A stretch of 64,000 bases of DNA from Macrostomum lignano (lineage: Eukaryota), in NCBI GenBank assembly GCA_002269645.1, contig NIVC01001322.1:148598-212597 (forward strand), written 5' to 3'. The notes under the pieces were generated by a model, which saw only the letters and a program-made list of their open reading frames with translations, was not told the DNA's origin and made no database searches. Each line of letters opens with the position of its first letter. The first letter of the stretch is position 1. Positions 48,311 through 61,365 of this stretch are shown piece by piece. The translations under genes were made by a program, and so were the position numbers.

Positions 48311-49620
48311 CCACAGGCCACACCCCAACACCCACCCCTCCTCTCTATCCTTCAGTTCAGCCCCCACAGGCCACACCCCAACACCCACCCCTCCTCTCTA
48401 TCCTTCAGTTCAGCCCCCACAGGCCACACCCCAACACCCACCCCTCCTCTCTATCCTTCAGTTCAGCCCCCACAGGCCACACCCCAACACCCACCCCTCC
48501 TCTCTATCCTTCAGTTCAGCCCCCACAGGCCACACCCCAACACCCACCCCTCCTCTCTATCCTTCAGTTCAGCCCCACAGGCCACACCCCAACACCCACC
48601 CCTCCTCTCTGTCCTTCAGTCCAGCTCCCGCAGGCCACACCCCAACACCCACCCCTCCTCTCTATCCTTCAGTTCAGCCCCACAGGCCACACCCCAACAC
48701 CCACCCCTCCTCTCTATCCTTCAGTTCAGCCCCCACAGGCCACACCCCAACACCCACCCCTCCTCTCTATCCTTCAGTTCAGCCCCCACAGGCCACACCC
48801 CAACACCCACCCTCCTCTCTATCCTTCAGTTCAGCCCCCACAGGCCACACCCCAACACCCACCCCTCCTCTCTGTCCTTCAGTCCAGCTCCCGCAGGCCA
48901 CACCCAACACCCACCCCTCCTTTCTATCCTTCATTTCAGCCCCCACAGGCCACACCCAACACCCACTTCTTCTGTCTATCCTTCAGTCCAGCCCCCGCGG
49001 GCCACACTCAACACTCATCCCTCCTCTCTATCCTTCATTTCAGCCCCCACAGGCCACACCCAACACCCACCCCTCCTCTCTATCCTTCAGTTCATCCCCC
49101 ACAGGCCACACCCAACACCCACCCCTCCTCTCTATCTTTCAGTTCAGCCCCCACAGGCCACACCCCAACACCCACCCCTCCTCTCTATCCTTCAGTTCAG
49201 CCCCCACAGGCCACACCCCAACACCCACCCCTCCTCTCTGTCCTTCAGTCCAGCTCCCGCAGGCCACACCCAACACCCACTTCTTCTGTCTATCCTTCAG
49301 TCCAGCCCCGCGGGCCACACTCAACACTCATCCCTCCTCTCTATCCTTCATTTCAGCCCCCACAGGCCACACCCAACACCCACCCCTCCTCTCTATCCTT
49401 CAGTTCATCCCCACAGGCCACACCCAACACCCACCCCTCCTCTCTATCTTTCAGTTCAGCCCCCACAGGCCACACCCAACACCCACCCCTCCTCTCTGTC
49501 CTTCAGTCCAGCTCCCGCAGGCCACACCCAACACCCACCCTCCTCTCTATCCTTCAGTCCAGCTCCACAGGCCGCACCCACAGGCAACACCCACCCTCTG
49601 TCTTTCCTTTAGTCCAGCCC
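48311..49620. repeat. 53-bp C-rich minisatellite, about 24 copies, between convergent genes
   Basis: Unit CACAGGCCACACCCCAACACCCACCCCTCCTCTCTATCCTTCAGTTCAGCCCC (CACAGG at 48312, 48365, 48418...). Confidence 0.96.
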
Positions 49621-49946
49621 TCTGAAGCTAAAAAAAGTTAAACACAAAATTTAAGTACGCTCAAAATTTTTATATCTTTAAAGAGTCGGACATTTTCGCT
49701 TTTCTATTTTTTAGGCTTCGAAAAAAGCTTAAAACTAGTGTTGTCAAACTCGATAGATTAAATTTACTACTAAAGACTAGATTTTGAATTAATTTTACCA
49801 AAAACGTCGAATATTTACGGAATATTCCTTCGCACAATAGATTCATTGTACAGAACCTTACAATCAATAGTAAAGCCGTGTGGCATCTGAAGCTACAAAT
49901 TCAAAGTACTTCAGATTAAATCTCATTCGAGCGATTCCAGCTGCCT

Positions 49947-50174
49947 CTACGTAGCCGCTTGATCAGCCGATCCGCTGACGGAGTGAGCAGTTCTCGACAT
50001 CATGACCGTGTTGGCGTCTGCCACGCGGTTGTTGCGGTCTCTCACTAGGGCGACAATCTGCAAATCGAATTTGATAGTGCTGCTTTTAGAGCCTAATAAC
50101 TGGCTTAGATAGCAAGTTAGTTTACTAATTAGGTTTTTAGTTATTTAGTTAGCTAGTTAATTTGTTAGTTAGTC

Positions 50175-50221
<47 letters not shown>

Positions 50222-50304
50222 CAGTTAGTTAGTTAGTTAGATAGTTAGTTAGTTAGTTAGTTAGTTAATTTGTTAGTTAGACAGTTAGTTAGTTAGTTAG
50301 TCAA

Positions 50305-50397
<93 letters not shown>

Positions 50398-50454
50398 CAG
50401 TTAGTTAGTTAGTCAGTTAGTTAGTTAGTCAGTTAGTTAGTTAGTTAGTTAGTC

Positions 50455-50491
<37 letters not shown>

Positions 50492-50528
50492 ATTTGTTAG
50501 TTAGACAGTTAGTTAGTTAGTTAGTCAA

Positions 50529-50569
<41 letters not shown>

Positions 50570-50594
50570 CAGTTAGTTAGTTAGTTAGTTAGTC

Positions 50595-50637
<43 letters not shown>

Positions 50638-53600
50638 CAGTTATTTAGTCAGTTAATTAGTTAGTTAGTTTATTAAACTTGTGCCAAAGTCATAAAAAGT
50701 ATAGTCGCTTCGACCATAACAACAATCTATACCATCGAACGGTGGTACCTTAAAATTGCTTCACCCCAACGCTTCAAAGGGCCGGACTGGTCCTCAATGG
50801 GAAACTGAGCACCATTCCACAAGGCCATCCAACAACATGTTTAATAAGGCTCACCTTCCCCCGAACACTAGCAGCACGGTGGTAGTTGAGCAGATGATGA
50901 TGCAAGAGCTCAACAAAAGGTGACGCAGGTACACAGCGCTATTCGGCAGGGCGAAGTCCAGCACCACTCCGATCAGCCCCATCACCATGGTGTTGTACAC
51001 GCAAACTCCAATTGTCTTCGAGTCGTTCAGCACTTCAACATGAACAGTTCGAGTCTCCCAGGCGAAAAATATGCCGAATAGAAGGAAAATCGCTGCAATT
51101 TATCAGAAATTGTTTGAATCACATTTAAATCATTTTGTCAATGATTTACTACTAACAACGAGTCTTAGGAGTAGTGCACGAGGAAGTTTGCAATGGAAAA
51201 ACCTGTTTAGTACCTACAAAGAGGAACTCCATTTAGTTCAGGTTGATTTGACGATGCCCGCCTGGGTTCTGCAGACTGTTCCATCATTTCAGCACCTTCA
51301 ATGCTTCAATCGAATCTTTCTTCAGTGTACTAAAAAACTTTTGATTCTATAAGAGAACTGAGCCCGACCCACCCACCATCCAGTACCTTTCATCCCAATA
51401 ATGATGCCCTTCCAAAGCCAGTTGTTGTTGCAGCGACAGACCGTTAGAGTCTGCTGTATCAGAGTGCCGTCAGACACCACTTCCTGATGGAAAGGCGAGT
51501 TTTGTTACGTTAAGTTTTGAAAGTATATTGATTGAAACAGCTGTGAGAATTTACTATCAATGTGTTTACCACCTTACCTGGTCTTTCAGCTGCAAAACCA
51601 GCAGTTTGTACGGGTCAGCAACTCCCCAGGCAGTCAGTATCACAGCGTCCAGCAGAATTATTACCAGAATCACAATGAACAGATGCCAGTCTTTGATAGC
51701 CTGCGAGAGTTTCGATGAAAACCTTAGTTATTCAACAACACTGAAATCAACTGAAAAAATTTCCATCAACTCCACTTCTGCCACCTCTGCTTCTACAAAC
51801 TCAACTTATACAAACTCAACTTATACAATCGCAACTTCTACCATCTCTGCTTCTACCACCTCTGCTTCTACAAACTCAACTTATACAATCTCAACTTATA
51901 CAATCGCAACTTCTACCATCTCTGGTTCTACCATCTCTGCTTCTACCACCTCTGCTTCTACCACCTCTGCTTCTACCATCTCTGCTTCTACCACCTCGTT
52001 TTCTGCCATCCGACTGTCTCCTTACCAGTTTGCGCAATTGCTTGTTAGTAAAGATGCGATGCACTCGCCAGGTTTTGGCCAGCATTCCGCCAAATGCGCA
52101 AGAATAGCCACAGACTAGAAACACCAGCTGCAGCCAGCACAGGCTCAGTAGCGTCTCGTCAACGTGAGCGTTCACAGTCATAGCTAGACAGGCACCGTAG
52201 CATAGCAGACAGCCGAGACCAATAATTGTATTCACGTAGGGACTGCTCAGGCGAATGAGTGCGACTTTTCTATACAGGAGGTTCACGATCATGGCCGCAA
52301 TGGCTAGGCAAGCGCCTAGGCCAGACAGAACCCCGGTAATGTAGGCAACCGGAAGGCTGACACGAGACAGTTGAGTGACTAGACGGGGTGAGTCTACCGG
52401 AGCTGAACCACCTGATGAAGTGGTTAGTGAAATTGTTAACATTACCTATGTATCACTAGAGCTGCGACCACCCAGGCATAACATCTTTGCGGCGAATTCA
52501 TCATCTGACTCCTGAGAGCATACAAGCGCCCATGCAAAAGCAAGATAGGCAAGACTTAGGGTACCTCGGATATTCTTTAAGTACTAAATCGAGATCGGTA
52601 TGAGCTCCTAGAATTGCTCAAAAGCATGACGCAAACAGAGACGATCCCAAGTAAGCTACGGTGGTCGTATCCTTTTTTTCAAGTACAATCACATTAGCAA
52701 AGCCTTTAATGTTGAAACAAAGGTTACGTTGAAAAAAAAGACATTTCCTTTGTGCTCGGTTATTCAGTCGATCTGTGCATGTTAATGGTTAAAGCTGTTT
52801 TATTCTCCACAGTTACTGACAGGTGTGCTTCAAATCACACATGCTTCTGTAGGCCTATCAAGGTATGTCAATCTTCAATGCTATCAAGTGCTTAGGCTTT
52901 GAAATGTGCATTTTGTTCCCAAGGGTGAATAGTTTGACCAACGCTTTGTTGTTGAATGGCAATAATGGACGATGTCCATCAAAAAGTGAATTAGAGTGCT
53001 GGGCTGTTTTTGACGTTGGAGTAGAAAATCATTGACTTAGAGAACTGACTATCTACTCAAGTTCACTCATACTACTCAAATCTAAAGGTATCGTGCGACA
53101 CTGGGAACAAAGAGACAGAAGTAGATAACTAAGCAAAATTGTTCAATATTTTAAGGTTCAGAAAGGTAAGATGCCAAAAAATTCAAATTAGATTGGATAT
53201 TTTAACAGCGAAAGTGAATTTGATCGTTGCAGATGCAGACTTGATGCTGTCATTCATTGTTTCTAATGAGAATTCCTAATGGATTTTTGTATTGATTGGA
53301 ATATTGATTGGTTTTATTTGAGCTCTGCTGGCATACGGGTTACGCGCAGATTTTAATGGAATATTGTCCATTTATTAATTTAGAAAAGCCATATCTATAT
53401 ATTTAACTCCATCTAGGAGTAAAATGAAAATGATCATTATTTTCGTTTTATTTATGCTAAGCAGCGAAACTGAGTAGTGACTATATCTCTCAAAAGAGCT
53501 ATGAAAATCACTTTCTTAGCTACACATTGTATTGTCTCACCTGCAAACCAAAAGGATTTCTGCCAATCAGTGGCACCTGTCGTTGGCTCATAGATGCCAA

Positions 53601-56600
53601 TCAAGTCCCGCGCAAGACCTGCATAAGTTGAGGGTAGCTAGTTAAGAAATTTTCGTTCAAAAACAATACATTTTACGAGAAACGTAAAAAACGATATGAT
53701 TGACGCTGAAACGTTTTGAATCAATCACATGGTTATGTACTAAAAGCGTCTCTGATAATATGCAAATTAATATGTGTTTTCAATAATTATTTTCAGTTTA
53801 ATCGGCACCTCAGTTACCTCGAATCTGGTAGATGTAAATCTTAGCAGTTCGATCGCCTCTTGAGTCGAACTTTACTCGACCCTGAAAGTTATGCAATAAT
53901 TGCGATTGCAGTTATAAACAGTTTCATAAAAAAACCTTACAAGCATAAGCAAGGTTTTACCATAGACAAACTAACAGAAGCCGTACAGAATAAAACTGAC
54001 TCATGGGGGCCAACCCCAAGACACGCAGAGCGTACATGTCAAAGGAATAAAATTTCAGGACCCTGTGCACCCTGTGTGAGTGTGTGTATGAGTGCGTGCC
54101 TGAAATCTAAAATAAAGAATCTCTTTGAAGCACTCAAATTATGAGGTGTCAGATATCATTAAGTGCGAATATTGGTTAGGTTAGACCGTCTTTTCAAGAC
54201 AAAATCACCCACCGACAGACCAGCAAAGTCCAGACGAAGAACGTTGCTAAATAGCCGGCGTTTGAATGCGTCATCGCCAAGCTGCACAGGTTGAGCCGTG
54301 TAGTTCCCACCGTCGGCCAGGGTGGCATTAATGGCCAGGGCGGCGGCCATGACCGCGTCGAAACGAAGGTCGAAGCCGAGAATGCTCGTCTGCTGTGGTG
54401 CCACCGTCTGGTTACCGAATTCCAGCATAAAATCCTGGAAGCTTTCGTTCCGGGTCTGAAATTTTACAAAAAGAGTTATCTAAGGTTTTCATCCGAGTCC
54501 GGACAGACTCATTTGAACAGTAGGTTGACGTAGCGCACGATGGCTTGCTTCAATATCGGCAACGAGTGAGTTACAAGCGCTGACTCTGTATCTCTGTGAA
54601 CGCTTGGTCCATCTAAGCGACCTGTTGCGCCCTTGGCGACTCCAACTGGAAGGTTCCGCTCTCGCGTTCACGTTCGCGTTGAGTAGCTGAACGCTGAAGG
54701 CAGTCATACTCGTATGCGAGATAATATTGAGCCGACGCTCCAACCACTAGTCTACAACCCCTCTGGCTACAACCTAAATGAAATGACTCAATTTGTTATG
54801 ATGCAAACGAACAAACGAAAAATGAACGAATCAAATTCGGGAAACTTTTAAGTTGGATTTTGACCTAGCAGTGAGCTTACCCGACCAGTGATGTCGGCAG
54901 GGTGAATCACAGCAGGATCATTGACGTCGCTATCGAATTCAATAGAGCCCTCCATGGCAAGCTGCCTATCGGAGTCTGGGCAGGACTGCTCAACTTGCAT
55001 CCGGCTTGTGAATGGAAAGCCAATCTGCAGCCACTGGTACTTTGGGCCATAGGCGCCAATCTTTTTGATCTGCGGAACAGGTAGACGTTGATTTGAAGTT
55101 CTACGAGCGTATTACGACGTACAGAGCCCTAGTTTTTGTTTTATTAATTGTAACACAATAATCAATTTTACGAAGAGAACGTAACACTTCAAGTCAGATT
55201 ACAGACAAAACAAGTTACACTTGGACATCAAAGAGCAGGGGTTATCGCGTTTTACACAGGCGCCAAAGGTGCCAAAGGCGTCAGTGCCCAAGCTTCCTGA
55301 AGACTTATTAACTATCTAATTGAAACTAAATTCGATCCTAGTTCCGAACATTACAGATCTATCTCGCTAATGAATTTCAACGCGAAATATTTCAAGCCAT
55401 AAAAATTCAACTCACTAGACAGTCGAATCGTTTGTCTGGACTCTCTTCGGCCATGCTGCGCACCACAACAAAGATTCGAATGTCATTTTTCTGCGTAGAA
55501 AAAAAGATAAAACCGTTATAAGTTCTGTGCGCACCGTTGATTTATAAACTACTTGAGTAGCTACTCTTACCACAAGTCGATTGATGGCGTCAGTGGCGTC
55601 GTTGCTAAAGATTGCTTTCTGATAGGACGTGATGTTCTGCGCAGTCAGAGTGGCCTCCAGCTCCAGTGTTATCTACGGAACAGGGTTGATTTTTTCGGGT
55701 GCTTGTACGAGGGTCATACTGAAAGTCTTGAGACCTGGCCAGTTGATTTCTTTATCAGAACTTCTCAAGTTGTTCTCAATTGCCTGTATGCATTTGGCTA
55801 TCCTCTCAGACCAACTCGCGAAGGTTCCAACCCACTTCTCCTGAGACAACTCCATGAGAGCATCTTCGTAGATTACTAAAATTGAGTTCCTCGCACTCTT
55901 GACGTGATTGAAGCGAAAGACGTCGCAGGATTCTAGGTCAGGAGAATAAGACGGATTTGAGAGACGTTGTCTGGCATCCAAACGGCACATCGCTGGGTGA
56001 CACCCAGATTGATCGTTCGATATGGATGTCACTGTTGCCGATTCAATGCCGAGCGTCTCTCGAATCTCCTGGATGTCACTCTCCTGTCCTTCACAACCGT
56101 TCTCTTTGCAGCATTTTCCTTTGTCACTGCAGTTGATTGGCGTCCTGACCGACTCTCATCTTCAAGACTGCTTCTGCCCCGCTTGCTCTCAGCGAATCAG
56201 CGAAATATTGTGGAACTCTAGAAGGTGCAGTGTACCAAAAACAGAGCAACACAATGCTCTTACACTAACCCCTCAGGTTGGTCATAACAGCAACATGGTT
56301 AGTTTCATGTCCCAATTGCTGCAATTGGATTACGCTTTTTACTTAAAATCGCTACGTATAAAGACAGGTTGTGCCAGAGACAACACGCAAATTTCGGACT
56401 GAGAAACTCGACTGAAAAACAAGCTTAGAATACTTATACACAACAAAAGGAAGTATATAATCTTTGTCTGTTCTTTTGGTTCCTATGGCAGAGAAAGGCC
56501 GAGGACGCTGTTCTCAGGCCGAGGCGAAGCCGAGGCCTTAGAATTGCGTCCGAGGTCTTTCTGCCATAGACACCAAAAGAACAGACGAAGATCGTACTTA

Positions 56601-59600
56601 ATCTACAGATATTGGAAGCGACTGGGAGTGGGAGTGAGGTATTCGTCAAAAGCGGGGGTGTGGGGGCGCAGCCCCCCCACATTTAACCATAAACATAAAA
56701 ATTAAAGTAAAAGATTCGATGCTTAAATTAAAAGCGATAAAGGAAAGGTTTGGGCAGCTTGGGCACACCCCAGATCATGAGCGCTGCCTTCCGTGCATCT
56801 ATAAAATCAACGACGGCTACCGACCGGAGCAATGTAAGCACGAGAACCTCTTTCTGACTTGGTTTCGAAGTGAGTCTGCCATTAAGAGCGACAGATTGTA
56901 CCAGAATGGACCTATCGGCCGGCAATACTCTCGACTCCATTGTGGCGAATATCACCAAGCCCGTGTCTACGGATGGTAAATTCTCAAACCAGTCTCTAAG
57001 GAAGACATGTGCCAGCACGTTGCATCGGGCTGGACTGGCTAGGGACGATATAGCCCGCGTCACTGAACATTCGTCCAACGCAATTGAGAGTTACATACGG
57101 CTAGACGTCCAGGACCATTCGCGTATGACCTACGCTCTACACGCCGGAGGAGCCGTGGAGTCCAATGGGCGGACCAATGAGCAAGATGTCGTGTCTGAGG
57201 GTACTACCAAGAAGATGCGCATGACTGTCCACGGTGACACCAACACCGTAGAAATCATGTTTGATTGAATCGGCAAGAATGAATCGGTCTTTACTGCTGT
57301 TGATAGTTTATACTTCTAATGGACTAACTGACAAATTATAGTCATTTTAAAATGTTCTCAGGCCTTGTTATTAGGCCTGTTAACCGGTTAACAGGCCTCG
57401 TTTTGAGTTCTTAGGCTTCGTTTTTAGTGAGGTTTGGCCATAGACTATCGTTCCACTAGAAAAGAAGGAGCCTAGGAATTTAGTGTGAACCGTCATATAT
57501 GTAGGTTAAGCATCAGTAAATTCTTTCTAGCTTTAGAAAATCAGATTTGACTCGATCACTGCTGGGCACAGACGCTATAGGCAGAAGTTGCAGAAGAGAC
57601 AGATGAGGCAGCAATAACCGTCCCGGGCGAAAACCGATCCAGAAGATTCTGTTTTTTGTCTTCATTCGCCCGAGTGGAAAGCCTATTTAAGTAAAGACTT
57701 AAGAGAATAAAGCTCTGAATATTCTATTGTATGGGTAATTGTTCAAACAAAATTGCATTGGCATGAGATGTACGAGCAAAAGCTTCTATAATTATACTAT
57801 ATTGAGCCCGGATGAAGAATTGGGAAACGAAGGCTACAATAAAAAATTCTCCCTTTCAATTCCGATATCGTATGAGTCTACTTCAGCACGTAATTCCCTG
57901 CTTAGCTATCGCTGTCAACAGCTATAGAAAAGCCCATTGAGCAGCCCTAAATATTTTAAAAACATGCTCGCTTGATCATACAAAATTGCTATCGCTATCA
58001 TCTCATTACCATCTTCTCTCCGATAAAAGCAACGATTATTACTTGACGGATTCCGTTTGTTCCGCTGTATTGAACGCAAAATAGATTAGTTGAAAGGACC
58101 ATGCTTGCCTAAAAGCAATTTTAGGCGTTTTATTTTGTTTTTTTAGAAATACTTGATCAAATTTTCTGACGTTGCATGATATTGTTAGTTAACATAGGCA
58201 TCACGGAGCTGCATGTGACCGAATTTTACAGGCGCAGATTTAAACCAAGTTACATGTAAATGCTGCATTGGCTGACTTCACGACCATGGATAAATTGAAT
58301 TCAGCTTTGTCCCTTTTTACAACTTGCTTAGATTATTTAAGTTGTAATGCGTATGAGCCCGAATAGACTGTAGAAACTTGATACTTATTTCATAGCGTGA
58401 CACTGTATTAACACATATAAATGCACAAAACTTCCGTATAGCATATTTAAACTGCAAAGTTTGTTTTAACTAATCCAAGATAAACATACCGGATAAAAAA
58501 TTGGCGAATCTGTAGTCATAATCCAATCTTTTTCCAGCGGAACAGTTTAGTAGGTTAAACAGCTGGCGCAATATATATGCTATTGGTGATGGCCATTCTG
58601 ATGAAGAACGGATAAGTTGCCTTGTCGCTTAGAGCTGGCGATGTGTTCGAGTACCCGATCTGGATGAGCGCAATCAGTATTGGTTGGCTGGGTGATTTGT
58701 CATTTATTTAGAAAGCCACTTGCTCGAGAGTGACTTCTATGACTCGTATTTAGCATGGCACTTAGGAATCATAACCCCTTCCAGTTGGTTAATTACACTC
58801 TCACGGAAGTCCTACATTGCATTACTTTATTGCATTTTTATTTAAGCTCACCTGAGGCAGGTAATAATACTGAGCCAGGTCAGCAACAACCTGGGACTGA
58901 TGAGAGTAGGTCGCTCCCAGCAATATCGCCTTGTTAAAGCCCCTCAGGTAGCCGTCAATGAATGCTTTGGAAGCGCTCCCAGATTTTTGCTGCGGAAGAA
59001 AATCGAAACAAAGCTAATATTTGTTTTATTAGAATGCGCTTCTGTGTTGCCTGGCGATTGTTGTCTCGGGATAAGCAGTGCCAGTGAGCAGGGGGGGGGT
59101 GCAAAACTTGCTTTTACAGCCTATGTGGATGCATAGTGTGGATGTTTGGATAACTGCAATAATTTAAAAAGCATTCAGCATTCGTGAATTGTCAAATTGA
59201 AATTTCGTTAATATTAATTGGACAAATCTGACTGCATGCGTTGAGAGACATTGAAACCGGTAGCATACATACGCTCGTACTTGTGTTTTTGCTCCATTGC
59301 TTATTCTTATACAAGTGTACCGTATTGATTTGGCAGCAGCAAAAAGTAGCTGCAGAAACAAAGAGAAAAAGAAACAGGCCTAACCAGATCAAACGATCAG
59401 AAAGAGAGAGACGAATCTTTACTTTCCTTGTTGGGACACAACGAGAGGTCCCAACAAGCAAGTTCTGAGCAAATGGCATCGACCTCCGGAAGTCAAAGAG
59501 GCGAAAAACTAATTGCCAAGAGTACATGTAAAAGCAACAAATTAATTTCAAGTGAGCATTCAGCAGCAATAGCAGCACTGACCCCTGCAGCGAATCGAAA

Positions 59601-59813
59601 CTCCGGCACCAGCTGCATCGTCGGAAACAAATCCTCGCGACTGTTCACGTAGTCGATCGAATAGTTCAAGAAGAAGACATCGTTGTAAAACAGTTCGGCT
59701 GTGCTGCCTACGAGCAGGATGTGAACCGACTGTCGCGACGGGGCGGCCAGGTGGACGCTTCTCTCCGACATTTGGCTGCATAGAATTATGGCTATGGATA
59801 TTAGAAATCGCAT
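49947..59813 (-). CDS. GABA-B-receptor-like class C GPCR, 15 exons, about 788 aa (59813-59583, 58989-58852, 58659-58490, 55672-55571, 55490-55416, 55069-54881, ~54762-54622, 54434-54213, 53881-53818, 53618-53541, 52411-52026, 51700-51578, 51483-51387, 51092-50855, 50057-49947)
   Basis: Signal peptide; Venus-flytrap motifs IDYVNSREDL, QIGYSNTSPALSDK..YPFF.R, KNDIRIF, YGPKYQW, FDAV, GRVKFDSRGDR; 7TM motifs IRLSSPYVN, FGGMLAKTWRVHRIF, LLFGIFFAWETR...LNDSKTIG..VYN. No cysteine-rich domain, as in GABA-B. Exons 3 and 14 are each a net one base short; the exon 7 boundaries are tentative. Confidence 0.88.
50146..50670. repeat. (TTAG)n microsatellite in the last GPCR intron
   Basis: About 130 units with occasional TCAG/TTTG variants. 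Confidence 0.97.
51775..52005. repeat. 15-bp degenerate tandem repeat in a GPCR intron
   Basis: Units CTTCTACCA(C/T)CTCTG and CTTATACAA(A/T)CTCAA. Confidence 0.85.
55706..56260 (-). mobile_element. Internally deleted mariner (DD34D) transposon relic
   Basis: TA plus mariner-type TIR CGAGGGTCATACTGAAAGTCTTGAGAC at 55706. HTH fragment KRGRSSLEDESRSGR.STAVTKEN...DRRVT; C-terminal PSYSPDL..CD.F.F...W.ERIAKCI. The catalytic core and second TIR were not found. Confidence 0.85.
56460..57450 (+). mobile_element. Crypton-type (tyrosine recombinase, DUF3504-like) DNA transposon relic with terminal hairpins
   Basis: ERC...YK...RP...LFL...LYQNGPIG(R)NTL (frameshift near 56920) ...GKFSNQSLRKTCASTLHRAG...IARVTEHSS.AIESY. 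This resembles the H-x-x-R, TGH and catalytic-Tyr motifs of CryptonA/DUF3504. Long imperfect hairpin at 56460-56592 and perfect 26-bp palindrome at 57373-57398. Confidence 0.75.
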
Positions 59814-60024
59814 CGTTAACAGAGTAGAGGAGCTTTGCGGCTGGCTTTTAGCAAATACGCCGTATTCCTGGTCAGGATATCTACTCTTCCTGTCCCTAGG
59901 AGACACTCCTGGTTTCTCTTCTGCAGATATTTAATCCTTACAAAACGGTATATGCTCCATACAGAGCAGCGTCTTATTGGATAGATAATGCCACAGCCAA
60001 TTGACGGTGATGCCATAGGAACTG

Positions 60025-60465
<441 letters not shown>

Positions 60466-61365
60466 CATATATGATTAATATTGCAGAGGTAGCTACTTAC
60501 AATTAAACTGGTATGAAATATTGTATTTTGATTGGGAAATTTGTTTGCCTTGGCCTGTGTTCAATTCATCGTCACACTGCTCGTGACTTACTCTTTCGCT
60601 ATCTATCTACTTTATGAACTTTCATAACGCCCACAATTGCTGCCTGCTATAGTTGATGATATTTTATAAATTTCACGTCTTAATCGTTCCCTAACTGAAA
60701 TTTCCCGGTCAATTAGCCAGAGGGACTTGTTGCCGGTTCTCTCATAAGCGTCGTTGCTGTGCATTTTTAATATTGCATCAAAAAATTAAAAAAGTGGTAA
60801 GAAAACTTAGTGAAGGAACTTTGCATCCTACGAGGTACGAGATTAGGCTTCGCGGAATGACAGCTGTACCTCTACTATCGTAGGCGGTTTTGCATATCGG
60901 TTATACAGTAAAGAGGTTAGTGTATCTATAGTGTCTGTTACATCTGAGCCGTGTTTATGAGTTGTCCCAATGCTTCTCTACAGTCTTCTCCACCGCTTGA
61001 CACACACAAGTTGCGGCCCGAGCTTTAGAGAATAAGAAAGCTGGCATGAAGAATGCTGGGCTGCTTGCTGCACTGTACTGGAGTTCTTGTTGGGTTTAGG
61101 GCTTTTGCAGCACAATAAAGAGCAAGGCAGAAAGGCAAATCGTACCCGCACACTCGCACACACCCAATTGCGACTGGCAGACAATGAGATTTCGGTCTGT
61201 AAGCTCGAAACGACCCTCGAGGCTTTCTGCTTTTCTTTATAACAGCAAAAATGCCCAGCTTTAGAGCCACTTAGTGCAAGAAAAAAGAAGCTTGTTGAGT
61301 AAAATTTACTGGATACTTCTATATTACTGGCCCCCTGCTGACATCATCGATTTATCGAGGTCATA

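Noticed and set aside
10594-49620. Regular repeats of 21-53 bp as possible CRISPR arrays
   Set aside because: Units are head-to-tail with no unique spacers, there are no cas genes, and the context is eukaryotic.
50146-50670. (TTAG)n as an interstitial telomere
   Set aside because: Not TTAGGG or TTAGG; an ordinary tetranucleotide microsatellite.
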